Part shown: in pieces, positions 18,434 through 30,260 of the stretch | Layout: the number at the start of each line of letters is the position of its first letter | How positions within the stretch are numbered: position 1 is the stretch's first letter | DNA from: Gammaproteobacteria bacterium | GTDB taxonomy: Bacteria; Pseudomonadota; Gammaproteobacteria; UBA6002 | Direction of reading: 5' to 3' | Assembly (NCBI GenBank): GCA_020050845.1 | Contig: JAGVJZ010000027.1 | Coordinates: 3,331 to 67,330, forward strand | Length of the DNA stretch: 64,000 nt | Notes under the pieces: model-generated | What the model saw: the letters and a program-made list of their open reading frames with translations, nothing else | What the model was told of the DNA's origin: nothing | The model's database searches: none | Program-made: the position numbers and the translations under genes

Positions 18434-18487
18434 GATTTGTAACCTTTTGCGTCTGACATAATTTGCTTTTATTTGTCATTCCCGCTT

Positions 18488-19081
18488 CTAAAAAGCTTCT
18501 CGAAATTTCTTCAAAAACTGCTTCAACGCTTGTCCACGATGACTAATTTCATTTTTAACTTCTGGTGATAATTCCGCAGCGCTGCAGCCTCGTTCTTCAT
18601 CTAAAAAAATGGGGTCATAGCCAAAGCCATGAATGCCTCGTGGCTCTGATAAAATTTTGCCATGCCAAATGCCTTCGCAAATAATTGGACACGGATCCTC
18701 TGTAGAACGAAGAAACACTAAGCAGCAATAAAAGAATGCTTGGCGCTGATTCTCAGGGACTTCTTTCATATTTTCAAGAAGCTTAATAATGTTTTGATGG
18801 AAAGAAACATTTTGACCTGCATAACGTGCAGAATAAATTCCAGGACTACCATTTAAAGCAGCTACCACAAGACCCGAATCATCGGCGATTGCTGGTAAAT
18901 TAGTGTGCTTAGTTGCATGACGTGCTTTTTTAAGTGCATTTTCAATAAAGGTAACACCATCTTCAACGATATCGGAAACACCGAGTACTTTTTGTGGAAT
19001 AATTTCAATCTTTTCGCCAGATAATATGCTATTTATTTCTCTAATTTTTCCTTCGTTATGGCTAGCTATTACAATCTTCAT
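18488..19081 (-). CDS. rdgB: dITP/XTP pyrophosphatase (Ham1/RdgB)
   Basis: 197 aa with the N-terminal (I)ASHNEGK-type motif. Confidence 0.85.
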   Translation of the reverse strand: MKIVIASHNEGKIREINSILSGEKIEIIPQKVLGVSDIVEDGVTFIENALKKARHATKHTNLPAIADDSGLVVAALNGSPGIYSARYAGQNVSFHQNIIKLLENMKEVPENQRQAFFYCCLVFLRSTEDPCPIICEGIWHGKILSEPRGIHGFGYDPIFLDEERGCSAAELSPEVKNEISHRGQALKQFLKKFREAF

Positions 19082-19901
19082 TATTTATACCTTTTGCTCC
19101 AGTTGTTACACGTTCGATGTTGTTATAATCTTTGATCGTTTTAACATCTTGATAATAATTTTGTTTCATGAGACTACAGACTTGACTACCTTGATTGTAT
19201 CCATGTTCCAATAATAATTGTCCGTTTTCTTTCAAATAAGCAAGTGCATCTTTGATAATTATTTTAATATCGTCTAAGCCATCTTCTCCAGATACCAGTG
19301 CAGATTGTGGTTCAAAGTTAAGCTCTGTTAAGTGTGGATCATTCGCTGCAATATAAGGCGGATTAGAAATAATAATATCGAATTCGATAGCGGGCACATT
19401 TTGAAACCAATTTGACTCATAAAGCTTTAAGTTTTTAATCTGGTGACGATCAGCATTTTTTTGAGCTATGGCTAATGCATCTTTCGAAATATCTGTGCCA
19501 ATGATTTGCCATTGCGGACGTTCATGCGCGATAGCGATAGCAACTGCGCCACTGCCTACCCCCAGCTCAAGGATGTTGACATTCTGTTTTGTACTTAACT
19601 CTTCTAATGTGAGCTGTACTAACAACTCTGATTCGGGTCGAGGTATTAAGGTATGTTGATTAACTTCAAAGTCCAAAGACCAAAATTCTTTACAGCCTGT
19701 AATATAAGCTATGGGCAAACCTTGTTTTCTTTTTTCAATTTGGCGTTGGTATTCTTGCCATAAGAATGGTTTGAGCTCTTCTTCCTGATGAGCATAAAGA
19801 TAGCTACGCGCTATATTTACTACGTGGCAAAAAATTATTTCGGCTTCAAAACGATTGCTAAGAATATCTGAACCATAATTAATCGCTTCTTGAAAAGTCA
19901 T
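19062..19901 (-). CDS. prmC: Release factor glutamine N5-methyltransferase
   Basis: NPPY motif and SAM-binding GxGxG. Located downstream of prfA. Confidence 0.85.
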   Translation of the reverse strand: MTFQEAINYGSDILSNRFEAEIIFCHVVNIARSYLYAHQEEELKPFLWQEYQRQIEKRKQGLPIAYITGCKEFWSLDFEVNQHTLIPRPESELLVQLTLEELSTKQNVNILELGVGSGAVAIAIAHERPQWQIIGTDISKDALAIAQKNADRHQIKNLKLYESNWFQNVPAIEFDIIISNPPYIAANDPHLTELNFEPQSALVSGEDGLDDIKIIIKDALAYLKENGQLLLEHGYNQGSQVCSLMKQNYYQDVKTIKDYNNIERVTTGAKGINNEDCNS

Positions 19902-19907
19902 GCAAAA

Positions 19908-20993
19908 TTATGACTCCGCTAAGCTGGCTAGTAGATCTGCTTGATGTTCGTTCATTAATGGTTCAATAACAGACTCAAGATTGCCTTCCATGACTTCCTC
20001 AAGCTTATATAACGTTAAATTTATTCGGTGATCAGTGATTCGACCTTGTGGGAAATTATAAGTTCTTATTCGTTCGGAACGATCGCCGGTACCAACTAAA
20101 TTACGTCGAGTTTCAGCTTGTTCTTTTTGTTGTTTGGAACGTTCTTGATCTAATAATTTAGCAGCAAGTAATGACATTGCTCGTGCGCGGTTTTTATGTT
20201 GCGATCTTTCATCCTGGCACTCAACAACTATACCGGTCGGCAAGTGAGTAATACGAATTGCCGAATCAGTTTTATTGACGTGCTGCCCCCCCGCTCCTGA
20301 TGCTCGGTAGGTATCAACTTTTAATTCAGCTGGATTGATGTTGACCTCGTCAACTTCTTCAATCTCTGGCATTACTGCGACCGTACAAGTAGAAGTATGA
20401 ATTCGTCCTTGAGACTCCGTTGCAGGGACTCGTTGCACTCGATGGGCACCTGACTCAAATTTTAATTTCGAATAAACATTATTACCGATAATCCGACTAA
20501 TAACTTCCTTAAAACCACCATGTTCACCCTGGTGCTCAGAAATGATCTCAACACGCCAACCCATTTGTTCTGCAAATCGAGAATACATACGAAATAAATC
20601 GCCAGCGAAAATAGATGCTTCATCACCCCCAGCACCACCGCGAATTTCCAAAAATATATTCCGATCATCTTCTGGATCGGGTGGAATCAACAATTTATGC
20701 AGCTGTATTTCAATCTGTTCTTGTTTGGGGTAAAGATTTTCTAACTCTTCTGAAGCCAGCGCTTGTAGTTCTGGATCGCTTTCGTCTTGTAGGACTAAGG
20801 CGGATTGTATGGCTTCTTCATTGTTCTGATATGATTTATAGCATTCTACTAGAGGCTCTAGATGTGAGTACTCTTTAGAGAGGTCTCGAAAGCGATTTTG
20901 ATCATTAATAATGCCAGGATCATTGAGTAATAAACTTACTTCTTGATAACGCTCGATGAGACTTTGTAATTTTCTTTGTATAGTATCTTTCAT
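19908..20993 (-). CDS. prfA: Peptide chain release factor 1
   Basis: GGQ motif ([10 protein letters not shown]) and PxT-type domain. 361 aa. Confidence 0.9.
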   Translation of the reverse strand: MKDTIQRKLQSLIERYQEVSLLLNDPGIINDQNRFRDLSKEYSHLEPLVECYKSYQNNEEAIQSALVLQDESDPELQALASEELENLYPKQEQIEIQLHKLLIPPDPEDDRNIFLEIRGGAGGDEASIFAGDLFRMYSRFAEQMGWRVEIISEHQGEHGGFKEVISRIIGNNVYSKLKFESGAHRVQRVPATESQGRIHTSTCTVAVMPEIEEVDEVNINPAELKVDTYRASGAGGQHVNKTDSAIRITHLPTGIVVECQDERSQHKNRARAMSLLAAKLLDQERSKQQKEQAETRRNLVGTGDRSERIRTYNFPQGRITDHRINLTLYKLEEVMEGNLESVIEPLMNEHQADLLASLAES

Positions 20994-21058
20994 AGTTTCA
21001 ATTACTTAGTAGTATTTTGGCCCTTACTTAACTATAACTCATTTTTATAGCGTAGCCA

Positions 21059-22294
21059 TCACAAATCTAACAGATAGCGAGCATAGGAGAGCAATTCAAC
21101 ACGTCCATCAAATGCTGCTTCCTTCATTTTGGTGGTTGGGCCATGAGTAATTTTGTTGCAGATCTGGCTAGCGAGTTGTTTAATGATTTCAGTAGCATCT
21201 GAGTTTCCATTGGCCAAGCGATGGAGAGCCTGTTCTAGTTCTTTGGCGCATAGTAGTTCGATTTGAGAGCGGTAATCTTTGATCATTGCATTAGCATCAT
21301 GCGCCTTAAGGTTTTTAATAAAGTAACTGGCTTGTAATTCAATCAACTTTTCTGCTTGTTGTGCTGCCGCCTCACGACACTGACGATTGTCGTCCATGAT
21401 TGATTTAAGATCATCGATGTTATAGAGATAAACATCTTCAAAGTTGCCTACCTCAGGCTCGATGTCTCGTGGGACAGCTAAATCTACCATAAAGATGGGG
21501 CGATGTTTTCTTGCTTTAATAGCACTTTCCACGGTGCTTCTAGTGAGAATCGGTTGGTCGCTGGAGGTTCCACAAATGACAATATCAGAATCTTTCAAAT
21601 AGACGTCGATGTCACTCAGTGGAATCAGATGACCATCGAGCCGGCTAGCTAGATTTTCTCCTTTGGAAGCCGATCGTGTTGCGATGATGAAACGCTTGAC
21701 GCCACTACTTTGCAGATGCAAGCCTGCAAGTTCCATAATTTCTCCTGCGCCCACCAGTAAGACATTGCGCCTGGATAAATCACTAAAAATTCGCTTTGCC
21801 AATGTAGTGGCTGCAAAACCTAACGTAATGGGATTAGCTCCAATTGCAGTATCCGTTCGAACTTGTTTAGTCACATTAAAAACGGTTTGAAAGAGTTTTT
21901 GGAGATGAGACCCAATAGATCCAACCTCTAGAGCCATTGTGAAAGCATGCTTCATTTGGCCAAGGATTTGCGGTTCTCCTAAAACCATGGAATCTAAACC
22001 ACTTGCTACCCGCATGATATGAGAGACAGCTTGTTTTTCAGTAAATGAGTACCAATGAGGTTCGAGCTTCAAATTGAGATGACTTTGCAACCATTGGCGG
22101 AATGAATCAGGTTCGGATGTTTTGCTATAGATTTCAACGCGGTTACAAGTTGATAAAACCATCGCTTCATGAGCAGATTGCGAATGAATGAGCTCTTTTA
22201 AAAACCACTGCGCACGTTCTGTAGTGAAAGAAAATTGTTCGCGCAGTTCCAGTGGCGCAGTTAAATGACTAATTCCACAAGCTAGTAAAGTCAT
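21059..22294 (-). CDS. hemA: Glutamyl-tRNA reductase
   Basis: Catalytic CNR(V)E motif and NADPH domain. Conserved hemA-prfA-prmC order. Confidence 0.9.
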   Translation of the reverse strand: MTLLACGISHLTAPLELREQFSFTTERAQWFLKELIHSQSAHEAMVLSTCNRVEIYSKTSEPDSFRQWLQSHLNLKLEPHWYSFTEKQAVSHIMRVASGLDSMVLGEPQILGQMKHAFTMALEVGSIGSHLQKLFQTVFNVTKQVRTDTAIGANPITLGFAATTLAKRIFSDLSRRNVLLVGAGEIMELAGLHLQSSGVKRFIIATRSASKGENLASRLDGHLIPLSDIDVYLKDSDIVICGTSSDQPILTRSTVESAIKARKHRPIFMVDLAVPRDIEPEVGNFEDVYLYNIDDLKSIMDDNRQCREAAAQQAEKLIELQASYFIKNLKAHDANAMIKDYRSQIELLCAKELEQALHRLANGNSDATEIIKQLASQICNKITHGPTTKMKEAAFDGRVELLSYARYLLDL

Positions 22295-22409
22295 ACCGAT
22301 ATAGGCACTCTTTGAGGGTTTTTAAGCGATTATAATGTTAAGAAAATGAAATTCCAGTAAATTCGCAGCCTGGGTTCCACTGCGTTTTACCAGGCCATGG
22401 CGAAAATAG

Positions 22410-24239
22410 TTATTCCACAGTTACCGATTTAGCTAAGTTCCTAGGTTGGTCAACATCCGTGCCTTTCAATACTGCCACGTGATAAGCCAATAATTGTAAT
22501 GGGATAGTATATATTAGCGGCGTAAGTTCATTACACACTTTTGGCATGTTTATAACATGAGTGTGAGAGTTGGAGCTAATATTAGAAGCTTGATCGGCAA
22601 AAATGATCAGTTCCCCCCCTCTGGCTTCAACCTCACAAAGATTCGATTTGACTTTTTCTAGCAATTCATCATTGGGTGCAACGGCAATCACTGGCATTTC
22701 TTTATCAACTAGTGCTAGCGGTCCATGTTTTAATTCACCCGCTGGATAAGCTTCGGCATGGATATAGGAAATTTCTTTGAGTTTAAGTGCTCCTTCCATA
22801 GCAACAGGATAATGTAGCCCGCGTCCTAAGAATAAAGCATGCTGTTTATGGATAAATTTTTGGGCAAGCACTCTAATTTGTTCATCTAAAGCCAATACTT
22901 GTTCTGCAAAAGCGGGTAAGTAACGAAGATTTTCAATGAAATATCGTTCTCGATCGTGGGTAATTGCCCGGTGATGTCCGAAAAATAAGGTTAGTAAAAA
23001 CAGACTGATCAATTGAGTCGTGAAAGCTTTAGTGGATGCTACCCCAATTTCTACGCCAGCTCGCGTTAGCATGACCAGATCCGACTCTCGTACTAGGGCA
23101 CTTTGAGCAACATTGCAAATTCCTAGTGTGAGGCGATGACCATTGAGCTTCGCTTGACGCAGTGAAGCGAGTGTGTCGGCTGTTTCGCCCGACTGTGAAA
23201 TCGTCACAAATAACGAGTTAGGTTCAACCACAGAATGTCGATATCGATTTTCACTGGCAATTTCGACTTGGCAGGGAATGCCAGCGAGACTTTCAAGCCA
23301 GTTTTGACCAATCATTCCGGCATGGTAGCTAGTTCCGCAGGCAACAATTTTAATACGTTCGATGGTTTTAAGTTGCTCAAACCCTTCGCCAAAGTTTTGT
23401 ACCAATAACTTCTCATTGTCGATTAAGTCATTAAAGGTGTCTCGAATGGCATGAGGTTGTTCGAAAATTTCCTTTAACATGAAATGGCGAAAAGAGCCTC
23501 GATCACTGGCATCTTGTAAGTTAGTTAAAGTCTGAACATTTCGTTTGACTTCATTACCATTGAGGTCATAAATCACTAAGTTGTCTTGCGAGATTGAGGC
23601 AATATCTCCCTCTTCAAGGTAGATAAATTGTTGCGTCACAGGAGATAGGGCTAATGGATCTGAGGCAAAAAAATGTTCTTTTATACCAATGCCGATCACC
23701 AAAGGGCAGCCACTACGCACAGCAATTAGATGATTTGGCTCGTCTTGCGCTAAAATACCCAGTGCATAAGCACCTCGAAATTTTTTAACGGCACTTTGCA
23801 CCGCAGCTAGCAAATTTTTCTTTTCTAAATAGTTTTTATGGATTATGTGGGTCGCAACTTCGGTATCTGTTTCTGAACTGAAGGTATACCCTTCTCCTAG
23901 CAACTCGGCGCGTAGAGATTCATAGTTTTCAATGATCCCATTATGTACAACGGCGACCAAATCATGCGAAAGGTGGGGGTGGGCATTCGTTTCCGAAGGT
24001 TTACCGTGGGTGGCCCAACGAGTATGGGCAATGCCGACATTGCCATAAATTGGCTCTTGAAGAAGCCGATCAGTGAGTTCGGATACTTTCCCTAGAGCGC
24101 GTAATCGTTGCAGTTCGCCATTAGCTTTAAGCACTACTAATCCGGCAGAGTCGTAACCGCGGTACTCTAATCTTCGGAGTCCCTCGACTAAAATAGGAGA
24201 AACATCTCTCTGTGCAATTGCACCTACTATCCCACACAT
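22410..24239 (-). CDS. glmS: Glutamine--fructose-6-phosphate aminotransferase
   Basis: N-terminal MCGIVG (Cys2 amidotransferase) and two SIS domains. 609 aa when started at the internal ATG at 24239. The ORF-track upstream extension crosses a repeat and is not used. Confidence 0.9.
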   Translation of the reverse strand: MCGIVGAIAQRDVSPILVEGLRRLEYRGYDSAGLVVLKANGELQRLRALGKVSELTDRLLQEPIYGNVGIAHTRWATHGKPSETNAHPHLSHDLVAVVHNGIIENYESLRAELLGEGYTFSSETDTEVATHIIHKNYLEKKNLLAAVQSAVKKFRGAYALGILAQDEPNHLIAVRSGCPLVIGIGIKEHFFASDPLALSPVTQQFIYLEEGDIASISQDNLVIYDLNGNEVKRNVQTLTNLQDASDRGSFRHFMLKEIFEQPHAIRDTFNDLIDNEKLLVQNFGEGFEQLKTIERIKIVACGTSYHAGMIGQNWLESLAGIPCQVEIASENRYRHSVVEPNSLFVTISQSGETADTLASLRQAKLNGHRLTLGICNVAQSALVRESDLVMLTRAGVEIGVASTKAFTTQLISLFLLTLFFGHHRAITHDRERYFIENLRYLPAFAEQVLALDEQIRVLAQKFIHKQHALFLGRGLHYPVAMEGALKLKEISYIHAEAYPAGELKHGPLALVDKEMPVIAVAPNDELLEKVKSNLCEVEARGGELIIFADQASNISSNSHTHVINMPKVCNELTPLIYTIPLQLLAYHVAVLKGTDVDQPRNLAKSVTVE

Positions 24240-24316
24240 TTTTAAAACCTCTGCTTTTTCTTCATAATGAAGTTTCCAGCTATCCCCGCTAAACACGGGA
24301 ATGGCTTCCTTAATTA

Positions 24317-24397
24317 TATATGCGTCGCGAAAAAATAAATTTTTCGCTAGCAATTAGGGGGAGAATTAGCATTCTCCCCCTAATAACCCCCATCGCT
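24317..24397. repeat. 81-bp two-hairpin intergenic repeat, copy A (glmS/tkt divergent spacer)
   Basis: About 97% identical to 47491-47572. It contains the GCGAAAAA-ATAAA-TTTTTCGC and GGGGAGAAT-TAGC-ATTCTCCCC hairpins. Confidence 0.75.
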
Positions 24398-24507
24398 CTA
24401 AAGTTTCATCAGGAACCACTGATGAAGTTTTGATTCTTCCATACTAATAACGTAATATCTTTCTGATAAAAAAACCAGTCTCATTCGCAATTATTAGGTG
24501 CTTTTTT

Positions 24508-26541
24508 ATGCAAATTGAAGATTCCATCGTCGAACAATCCATTCAGAAAAATTCAAAACGTCTTACTCTAGCGAATGCAATACGAGCGTTGGCAATGGAT
24601 GCAGTTCAAAAGGCAAATTCGGGGCATCCAGGGATGCCTATGGGTATGGCTGATATTGCTGAAGTTTTGTGGAATGATTATTTAGTACATAACCCTTGCG
24701 ATCCAACCTGGGTTAACCGTGACCGTTTTATCTTGTCAAATGGTCATGGTGCAATGTTACATTATGCTTTGCTTCACCTGAGTGGTTACGATCTTAATAT
24801 TGAAGATCTCAAACAATTTCGCCAATTACATTCTAAAACTCCCGGTCACCCTGAATTTGGAATTACTCCCGGCGTCGAAACAACCACCGGTCCCTTAGGT
24901 CAGGGTATAGCGAATTCAGTTGGGATGGCGATAGCCGAAAAGAGATTAGCAGCAGAATTTAATCGCCCCTCATTCAACTTGATTGATCATTACACCTATG
25001 TTTTTGTTGGTGATGGTTGCTTAATGGAGGGTATCTCCCATGAAGTATGTTCCCTAGCGGGGTCGTTAGCTTTAAATAAATTGATTGCCTTTTATGACGA
25101 TAATGGGATCTCAATTGATGGCGAGGTGAGCGGCTGGTTTGGAGACGATACACCTGCCAGATTTCGAGCTTACGGTTGGCATGTCATTGCAAACGTAAAC
25201 GGCCATGATGCCAGCGCGATAGCGCTAGCTATTTCAGAAGCGAAAAAAATCACTGACAAGCCCACTCTGATCTGCTGTAAAACGGTTATTGGCTATGGTG
25301 CTCCAAATGCAGCTGGAAGCGCTGACTGTCATGGCGCGCCACTAGGTAATCAGGAAATTGCTGCCACTCGCGAGCAGCTAGGATGGCATCACTTACCTTT
25401 CGAAATCCCTCAAGACATTTATACCCAATGGGATGCGCGTGCCAAGGGACAAGCTGCACAACAAAGTTGGCAAGATAAATTTAAAGAGTACGAGCAAGCG
25501 TATCCAGAACTTGCTAAGGAATTAGAACGTCGGCTTGCTAAAAAATTACCCGATAATTGGGCGACAGAAAGCAATAATTTCATCTCAAAAGTTAAAGTAA
25601 ATCCTACTGAAATGGCGACTCGAAAAGCGTCCAAACTTTGCCTAGATGCTTATGGACCGATTCTTCCAGAACTATTTGGTGGCTCTGCCGATTTAACGGG
25701 ATCAAATTTAACTTTATTTGATTCAGCTAAAGCTTTTACAGCAACAGAACCGGCCGGTAATTACCTTTATTATGGTGTCCGAGAATTTGGAATGTTTGCA
25801 ATTATGAATGGTATGGCGTTACACGGTGGTTTCATTCCTTATGCTGGTACCTTCTTGACATTCGTTGATTATGGTAAAAATGCGGTTCGTTTAAGCGCGC
25901 TGATGCAGGCTCATACCATTTTTGTGTTGACTCATGATTCAATTGGTTTGGGGGAAGATGGGCCAACTCATCAACCAATCGAACAGATTGCGATGCTACG
26001 TTTAATCCCAGGATTGCACGTTTGGCGTCCTGCTAATGAACTAGAAACGGCCGTTGCTTGGCAACATTCTATAGAGCACCATGTCCCTTCGTGTTTACTC
26101 TTAACGCGTCAAAATGTGCCTACAGCAAAACCAACTGAGGTTGCGGATATCCAGCGTGGTGGTTATATTGTGTTAGATTCGATACAACAACCCGTTTTAA
26201 TTCTGATTGCGACCGGTTCGGAAGTTGCTATCGCATTGGCAGCCGCTGAAAAATTACAGCAAGAAGGAATAGCGGTTCGGGTGGTTTCAATGCCTTGTGT
26301 CGAACTTTTCGAACAGCAATCTGAAAGTTATCGAAACTCCGTGTTACCTAAGGAAATTTCCCGACGAATCGTCATCGAAGCGGGTGCAACCGCGACTTGG
26401 TACAAATACGTTGGCTTCTTAGGCAAAGTAATCGGAATCGACCGTTTTGGTGAATCTGCACCTTATAAAGCTGTTTACCAAGAGTTGAAAATTACAGTTG
26501 AGCATCTTATCGAGTCAGCTCACACCATTCTTAACGATTAA
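24508..26541 (+). CDS. tkt: Transketolase
   Basis: TPP-binding (GHPG...GDGC...) and transketolase pyrimidine/C-terminal domains. 677 aa. Confidence 0.9.
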   Translation: MQIEDSIVEQSIQKNSKRLTLANAIRALAMDAVQKANSGHPGMPMGMADIAEVLWNDYLVHNPCDPTWVNRDRFILSNGHGAMLHYALLHLSGYDLNIEDLKQFRQLHSKTPGHPEFGITPGVETTTGPLGQGIANSVGMAIAEKRLAAEFNRPSFNLIDHYTYVFVGDGCLMEGISHEVCSLAGSLALNKLIAFYDDNGISIDGEVSGWFGDDTPARFRAYGWHVIANVNGHDASAIALAISEAKKITDKPTLICCKTVIGYGAPNAAGSADCHGAPLGNQEIAATREQLGWHHLPFEIPQDIYTQWDARAKGQAAQQSWQDKFKEYEQAYPELAKELERRLAKKLPDNWATESNNFISKVKVNPTEMATRKASKLCLDAYGPILPELFGGSADLTGSNLTLFDSAKAFTATEPAGNYLYYGVREFGMFAIMNGMALHGGFIPYAGTFLTFVDYGKNAVRLSALMQAHTIFVLTHDSIGLGEDGPTHQPIEQIAMLRLIPGLHVWRPANELETAVAWQHSIEHHVPSCLLLTRQNVPTAKPTEVADIQRGGYIVLDSIQQPVLILIATGSEVAIALAAAEKLQQEGIAVRVVSMPCVELFEQQSESYRNSVLPKEISRRIVIEAGATATWYKYVGFLGKVIGIDRFGESAPYKAVYQELKITVEHLIESAHTILND

Positions 26542-26644
26542 CAAACAATAAAGACGTCTGCGTGAAGCGTAGTTTTATGCGGATGATGAGTATCTTTTCC
26601 GTATTTCGCTACGCTTCATACGGGTTACTGATGGAAGGGGAATA

Positions 26645-27598
26645 ATGGCTATCAAATTGGCAATAAATGGTTATGGTCGTATTGGTCGCAACATTTTGCG
26701 TGCTTTATATGAAGGCGATCACATTAACGATATGCAAATTGTGGCAATTAATGATTTAGGTGACGTTAACACCAATGTTCATCTAACTCGTTATGACAGT
26801 GTTCATGGTAAATTTCCTGGCGAAGTTTCTGTGCAAGACAATCACATGGTAGTGAATGGCGATAAGATAAAAGTTTTTTCCGAAAAAGATCCAACTAAGC
26901 TCCCTTGGGGTGAGTTAGGCATTGACATTGTTTTGGAATGCACCGGATTTTTTGATAGTCGTGAGAAGGCATCTGCCCATATTAAAGCCGGGGCTAAGAA
27001 GGTGATAATCTCTGCGCCAGCCGGTAAAGAGGTAGACGCTACTATTGTTTATGGCGTGAACCAAAACACCTTAAAGTCAGATTTCACAGTAATCTCTAAC
27101 GCTTCTTGCACAACCAATTGTTTGGCGCCGTTAGTCAAACCACTCAATGAAAAGATTGGTATTGAGAATGGTTTAATGACCACGGTTCATGCATACACCA
27201 ATGATCAGAAACTGATTGATGTTTATCACTCAGATTTAAGAAGAGCTCGTTCAGCCACGGCTTCTATGATACCGGCTAAGACTGGAGCTGCTGCGGCAGT
27301 TGGGTTAGTACTCCCAGAAATGGCAGGCAAGCTGGATGGTTTTGCAATGCGTGTTCCTACTATGAATGTTTCAGTAGTGGATTTAACCTTCGAAGCTTCA
27401 CGTGACACCTCTGTTGACGAGGTCAACAGTGTCCTAAAAGCAGCGTCGGAAGGCGAATTGAAAGGTGTCCTTGCTTATAATGAAGATCCTCTTGTCTCCA
27501 TTGATTTTAATCATAATCCTGCCTCCTCCATCTTTGATGCAACATTGACCAAGGTTATTGGCAAAACGGTCAAGATCTTGTCTTGGTATGATAACTAA
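26645..27598 (+). CDS. gap: Glyceraldehyde-3-phosphate dehydrogenase (type I), terminated by an in-frame TAA 19 codons before the conserved C-terminus
   Basis: NGYGRIGR and SCTTNCLAP motifs. The frame continues after TAA (27596-27598) as [18 protein letters not shown] up to a TGA at 27653-27655 that overlaps the pgk ATG. Confidence 0.85.
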   Translation: MAIKLAINGYGRIGRNILRALYEGDHINDMQIVAINDLGDVNTNVHLTRYDSVHGKFPGEVSVQDNHMVVNGDKIKVFSEKDPTKLPWGELGIDIVLECTGFFDSREKASAHIKAGAKKVIISAPAGKEVDATIVYGVNQNTLKSDFTVISNASCTTNCLAPLVKPLNEKIGIENGLMTTVHAYTNDQKLIDVYHSDLRRARSATASMIPAKTGAAAAVGLVLPEMAGKLDGFAMRVPTMNVSVVDLTFEASRDTSVDEVNSVLKAASEGELKGVLAYNEDPLVSIDFNHNPASSIFDATLTKVIGKTVKILSWYDN

Positions 27599-27651
27599 TG
27601 GGGTTTTTCAAACAGAATGTTAGATACCGCTGCGGCTTGGATGGCTGCTAA

Positions 27652-28821
27652 ATGATCAAAATGATTGATCTTGATTTAACAAGAAAGCGGGTATTAATCC
27701 GCGCTGATCTTAATGTACCGGTAGAAAATGGAACCATTACTAGTACGACTCGTATCGAAGCAATTTTACCGACCTTAAAAATAGCATTGGATCAAGATGC
27801 AGCCATTATACTTATGTCTCACTTAGGCAGGCCTAAAGAGGGCGAGATTGATCCAAAGTTCTCATTGCAACCAGTTGCAGCCTGTCTAAGTAAGTACTTG
27901 GGCCGCCCCGTGCCACTAGTGACCGAGCATAGCAACGTTAATGTTAAACCCGGTGAAATTGTGTTGTTGGAAAATACCCGCTTTCTTAAAGGCGAAAAAA
28001 ATAATGCCCCTTCATTAAGCAAACAGCTTGCAAACCTTTGTGATATTTTTGTCATGGACGCTTTTGCAACGGCCCATCGGAAAGAAGCATCAACCTATGG
28101 CGTTGCGGAATATGCTCCTTTCGCTTGCGCGGGTCCCTTGATTGTCTCTGAACTTGAGGCGTTGGGACATGTATTAAGAGAACCAGAAAGACCGTTAGTG
28201 GCTGTAGTCGGGGGCTCAAAAGTCTCAACTAAGTTAGCGATACTCAACGAAATATTGACCCAGGTGGATTGTTTAATTGTAGGGGGTGGCATTGCCAACA
28301 CTTTCTTAGCGGCAGCGGGCCTTCCGGTAGGAAGTAGCCTGTATGAACATGATTTAATTCCGGATGCTCAAGCAATGTTGAGTTTTGCTAAAGCGCACCA
28401 CAAGCAAATTCCTTTGCCGGAAGATGTGTTGGTAGCCACTGAGTTTTCAGCTGGGGCAAAAGCAGTTGTTAAAAAAGTTGAGGATGTTGCTCATAATGAG
28501 ATGATTTTGGATGTGGGTCCAAAAACTGCGAACCATATTAAACAAATTATCGAAAAAGCTGGCACAGTAATATGGAATGGTCCCCTGGGTGTTTTTGAAT
28601 TTGAAAATTTTGGAGAAGGCACTCGTGTTTTGTCCGAAGCTATTGCGCGCAGTGAAGCTTTCTCAGTAGCGGGTGGTGGCGATACCTTGGCGGCGATTGA
28701 AAAATATGACGTTGCTGATGAGATTTCCTACATTTCAACCGGGGGTGGAGCTTTTCTTGAACTATTAGAAGGAAAGACTTTGCCAGCTATTGATATACTA
28801 GAAAAAAGATCAGCCATCTGA
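27652..28821 (+). CDS. pgk: Phosphoglycerate kinase
   Basis: 389 aa with the PGK family signature. ATGA overlap with the extended gap frame. Confidence 0.9.
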   Translation: MIKMIDLDLTRKRVLIRADLNVPVENGTITSTTRIEAILPTLKIALDQDAAIILMSHLGRPKEGEIDPKFSLQPVAACLSKYLGRPVPLVTEHSNVNVKPGEIVLLENTRFLKGEKNNAPSLSKQLANLCDIFVMDAFATAHRKEASTYGVAEYAPFACAGPLIVSELEALGHVLREPERPLVAVVGGSKVSTKLAILNEILTQVDCLIVGGGIANTFLAAAGLPVGSSLYEHDLIPDAQAMLSFAKAHHKQIPLPEDVLVATEFSAGAKAVVKKVEDVAHNEMILDVGPKTANHIKQIIEKAGTVIWNGPLGVFEFENFGEGTRVLSEAIARSEAFSVAGGGDTLAAIEKYDVADEISYISTGGGAFLELLEGKTLPAIDILEKRSAI

Positions 28822-28837
28822 TTCTTAAGGTTATTTC

Positions 28838-30259
28838 ATGAGACGAACAAAAATAGTAGCAACCCTAGGTCCAGCTTCCGATGACCCTGAAATTCTTGGG
28901 TTGATGATGACCTATGGGGTAGATGTCGTTCGAATTAACTTTTCACATGGTGATCCTTCCGACCATGCCTACCGCGTGCAACAAGTGAGGGAAGTTGCAA
29001 AAAAAGTGGGCAAAGAAATTGCGATCTTAGCCGATCTGCAAGGACCTAAAATCCGCATTTCCCGTTTTAAGGATAAACAAGTTAACTTAGTACGAGGTCA
29101 AGAGTTCATTTTGGATGCGTCAAAAGCATCTGACGAAGGCAATGAAACTGCTGTTGGAATTGATTATAAACAACTACCACAAGATGTGTACGCAGGGGAC
29201 ACCCTGCTTTTGGACGATGGCCGTATTATTTTACATGTGGAGCATGTGAATCCGCCCCAAATTTTTTGTCGAGTGGAAATAGGTGGCATCCTTTCCAATA
29301 ACAAAGGCATTAATAAAAAAGGGGGCGGGCTTTCTGCAAAAGCTTTAACCGAAAAAGATAAAGCTGATATCAAAACTGCCTGTTCCCTAGATGTAGATTA
29401 CATTGCAGTTTCTTTTCCACGAACAGCCGATGACATCAAAGAAGCAAGAGAGCTAATTGAGGCAGCAGGTGGCACGGTAGGAATTATTGCTAAAATTGAA
29501 CGCCAAGAAGCCGTCGCTGCGATTGATGAAATTATTATTGCTTCAGATGGAGTCATGGTGGCGCGTGGAGATCTAGCTGTAGAGATCGGTGACGCAGAAG
29601 TCCCTGGGGTGCAAAAACATATTATTCATCGAGCACGTACGTTAGATCGTCCGGTGATTACCGCCACTCAAATGATGGAATCTATGATTCATAGCACTGT
29701 TCCAACCCGAGCAGAGGTTTCAGACGTGGCGAATGCAATTTTAGATGGAACAGACGCCGTCATGCTTTCCGCTGAAACGGCAGTTGGTTCTTATCCAGTA
29801 GAAGTGATCCAAGCGGTAACGCGCATTTGCCTGGGAGCAGAAAGGAATCCAAGAACGACGACTTCCCGGCATCGAGTTGAAATGCATTTTGATCGTATTG
29901 ATGAAGCCATCGCCATGGCCGTCATGTATACGGCTAATCACATGAGTATTAAAGCAATCATCGCCTTGACTGAATCAGGTGCCACGCCTTTGTGGATGTC
30001 ACGGATTCGATCGGGCATTCCCATTTTTGCATTGTGTCGTCATGTTAAAACTTTACGTAAAGTTACCCTCTACCGAGGTGTCTATCCAATACCATTCGAT
30101 GCCACTGCGGTATATCGTCCAGAGATCAATCGCAGAGCAGTTCAGGAATTATTGCAACGTGGTTTGGTCAGTAAGGGTGAGTTAGTTATTATCTCTAAAG
30201 GATCATCAATGGGAGTTCATGGCGGAACTAATTCAATGAAAATAGTTGAGGTTGGCTGA
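28838..30259 (+). CDS. pyk: Pyruvate kinase
   Basis: 473 aa with barrel and C-terminal regulatory domains. Confidence 0.9.
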   Translation: MRRTKIVATLGPASDDPEILGLMMTYGVDVVRINFSHGDPSDHAYRVQQVREVAKKVGKEIAILADLQGPKIRISRFKDKQVNLVRGQEFILDASKASDEGNETAVGIDYKQLPQDVYAGDTLLLDDGRIILHVEHVNPPQIFCRVEIGGILSNNKGINKKGGGLSAKALTEKDKADIKTACSLDVDYIAVSFPRTADDIKEARELIEAAGGTVGIIAKIERQEAVAAIDEIIIASDGVMVARGDLAVEIGDAEVPGVQKHIIHRARTLDRPVITATQMMESMIHSTVPTRAEVSDVANAILDGTDAVMLSAETAVGSYPVEVIQAVTRICLGAERNPRTTTSRHRVEMHFDRIDEAIAMAVMYTANHMSIKAIIALTESGATPLWMSRIRSGIPIFALCRHVKTLRKVTLYRGVYPIPFDATAVYRPEINRRAVQELLQRGLVSKGELVIISKGSSMGVHGGTNSMKIVEVG

Positions 30260-30260
30260 A

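Noticed and set aside
24240-24353. N-terminal extension of glmS (TTG at 24353)
   Set aside because: The extension is translated across the 81-bp repeat, and the conserved amidotransferase N-terminus MCGIVG begins at 24239. The extension is an ORF-calling artefact.
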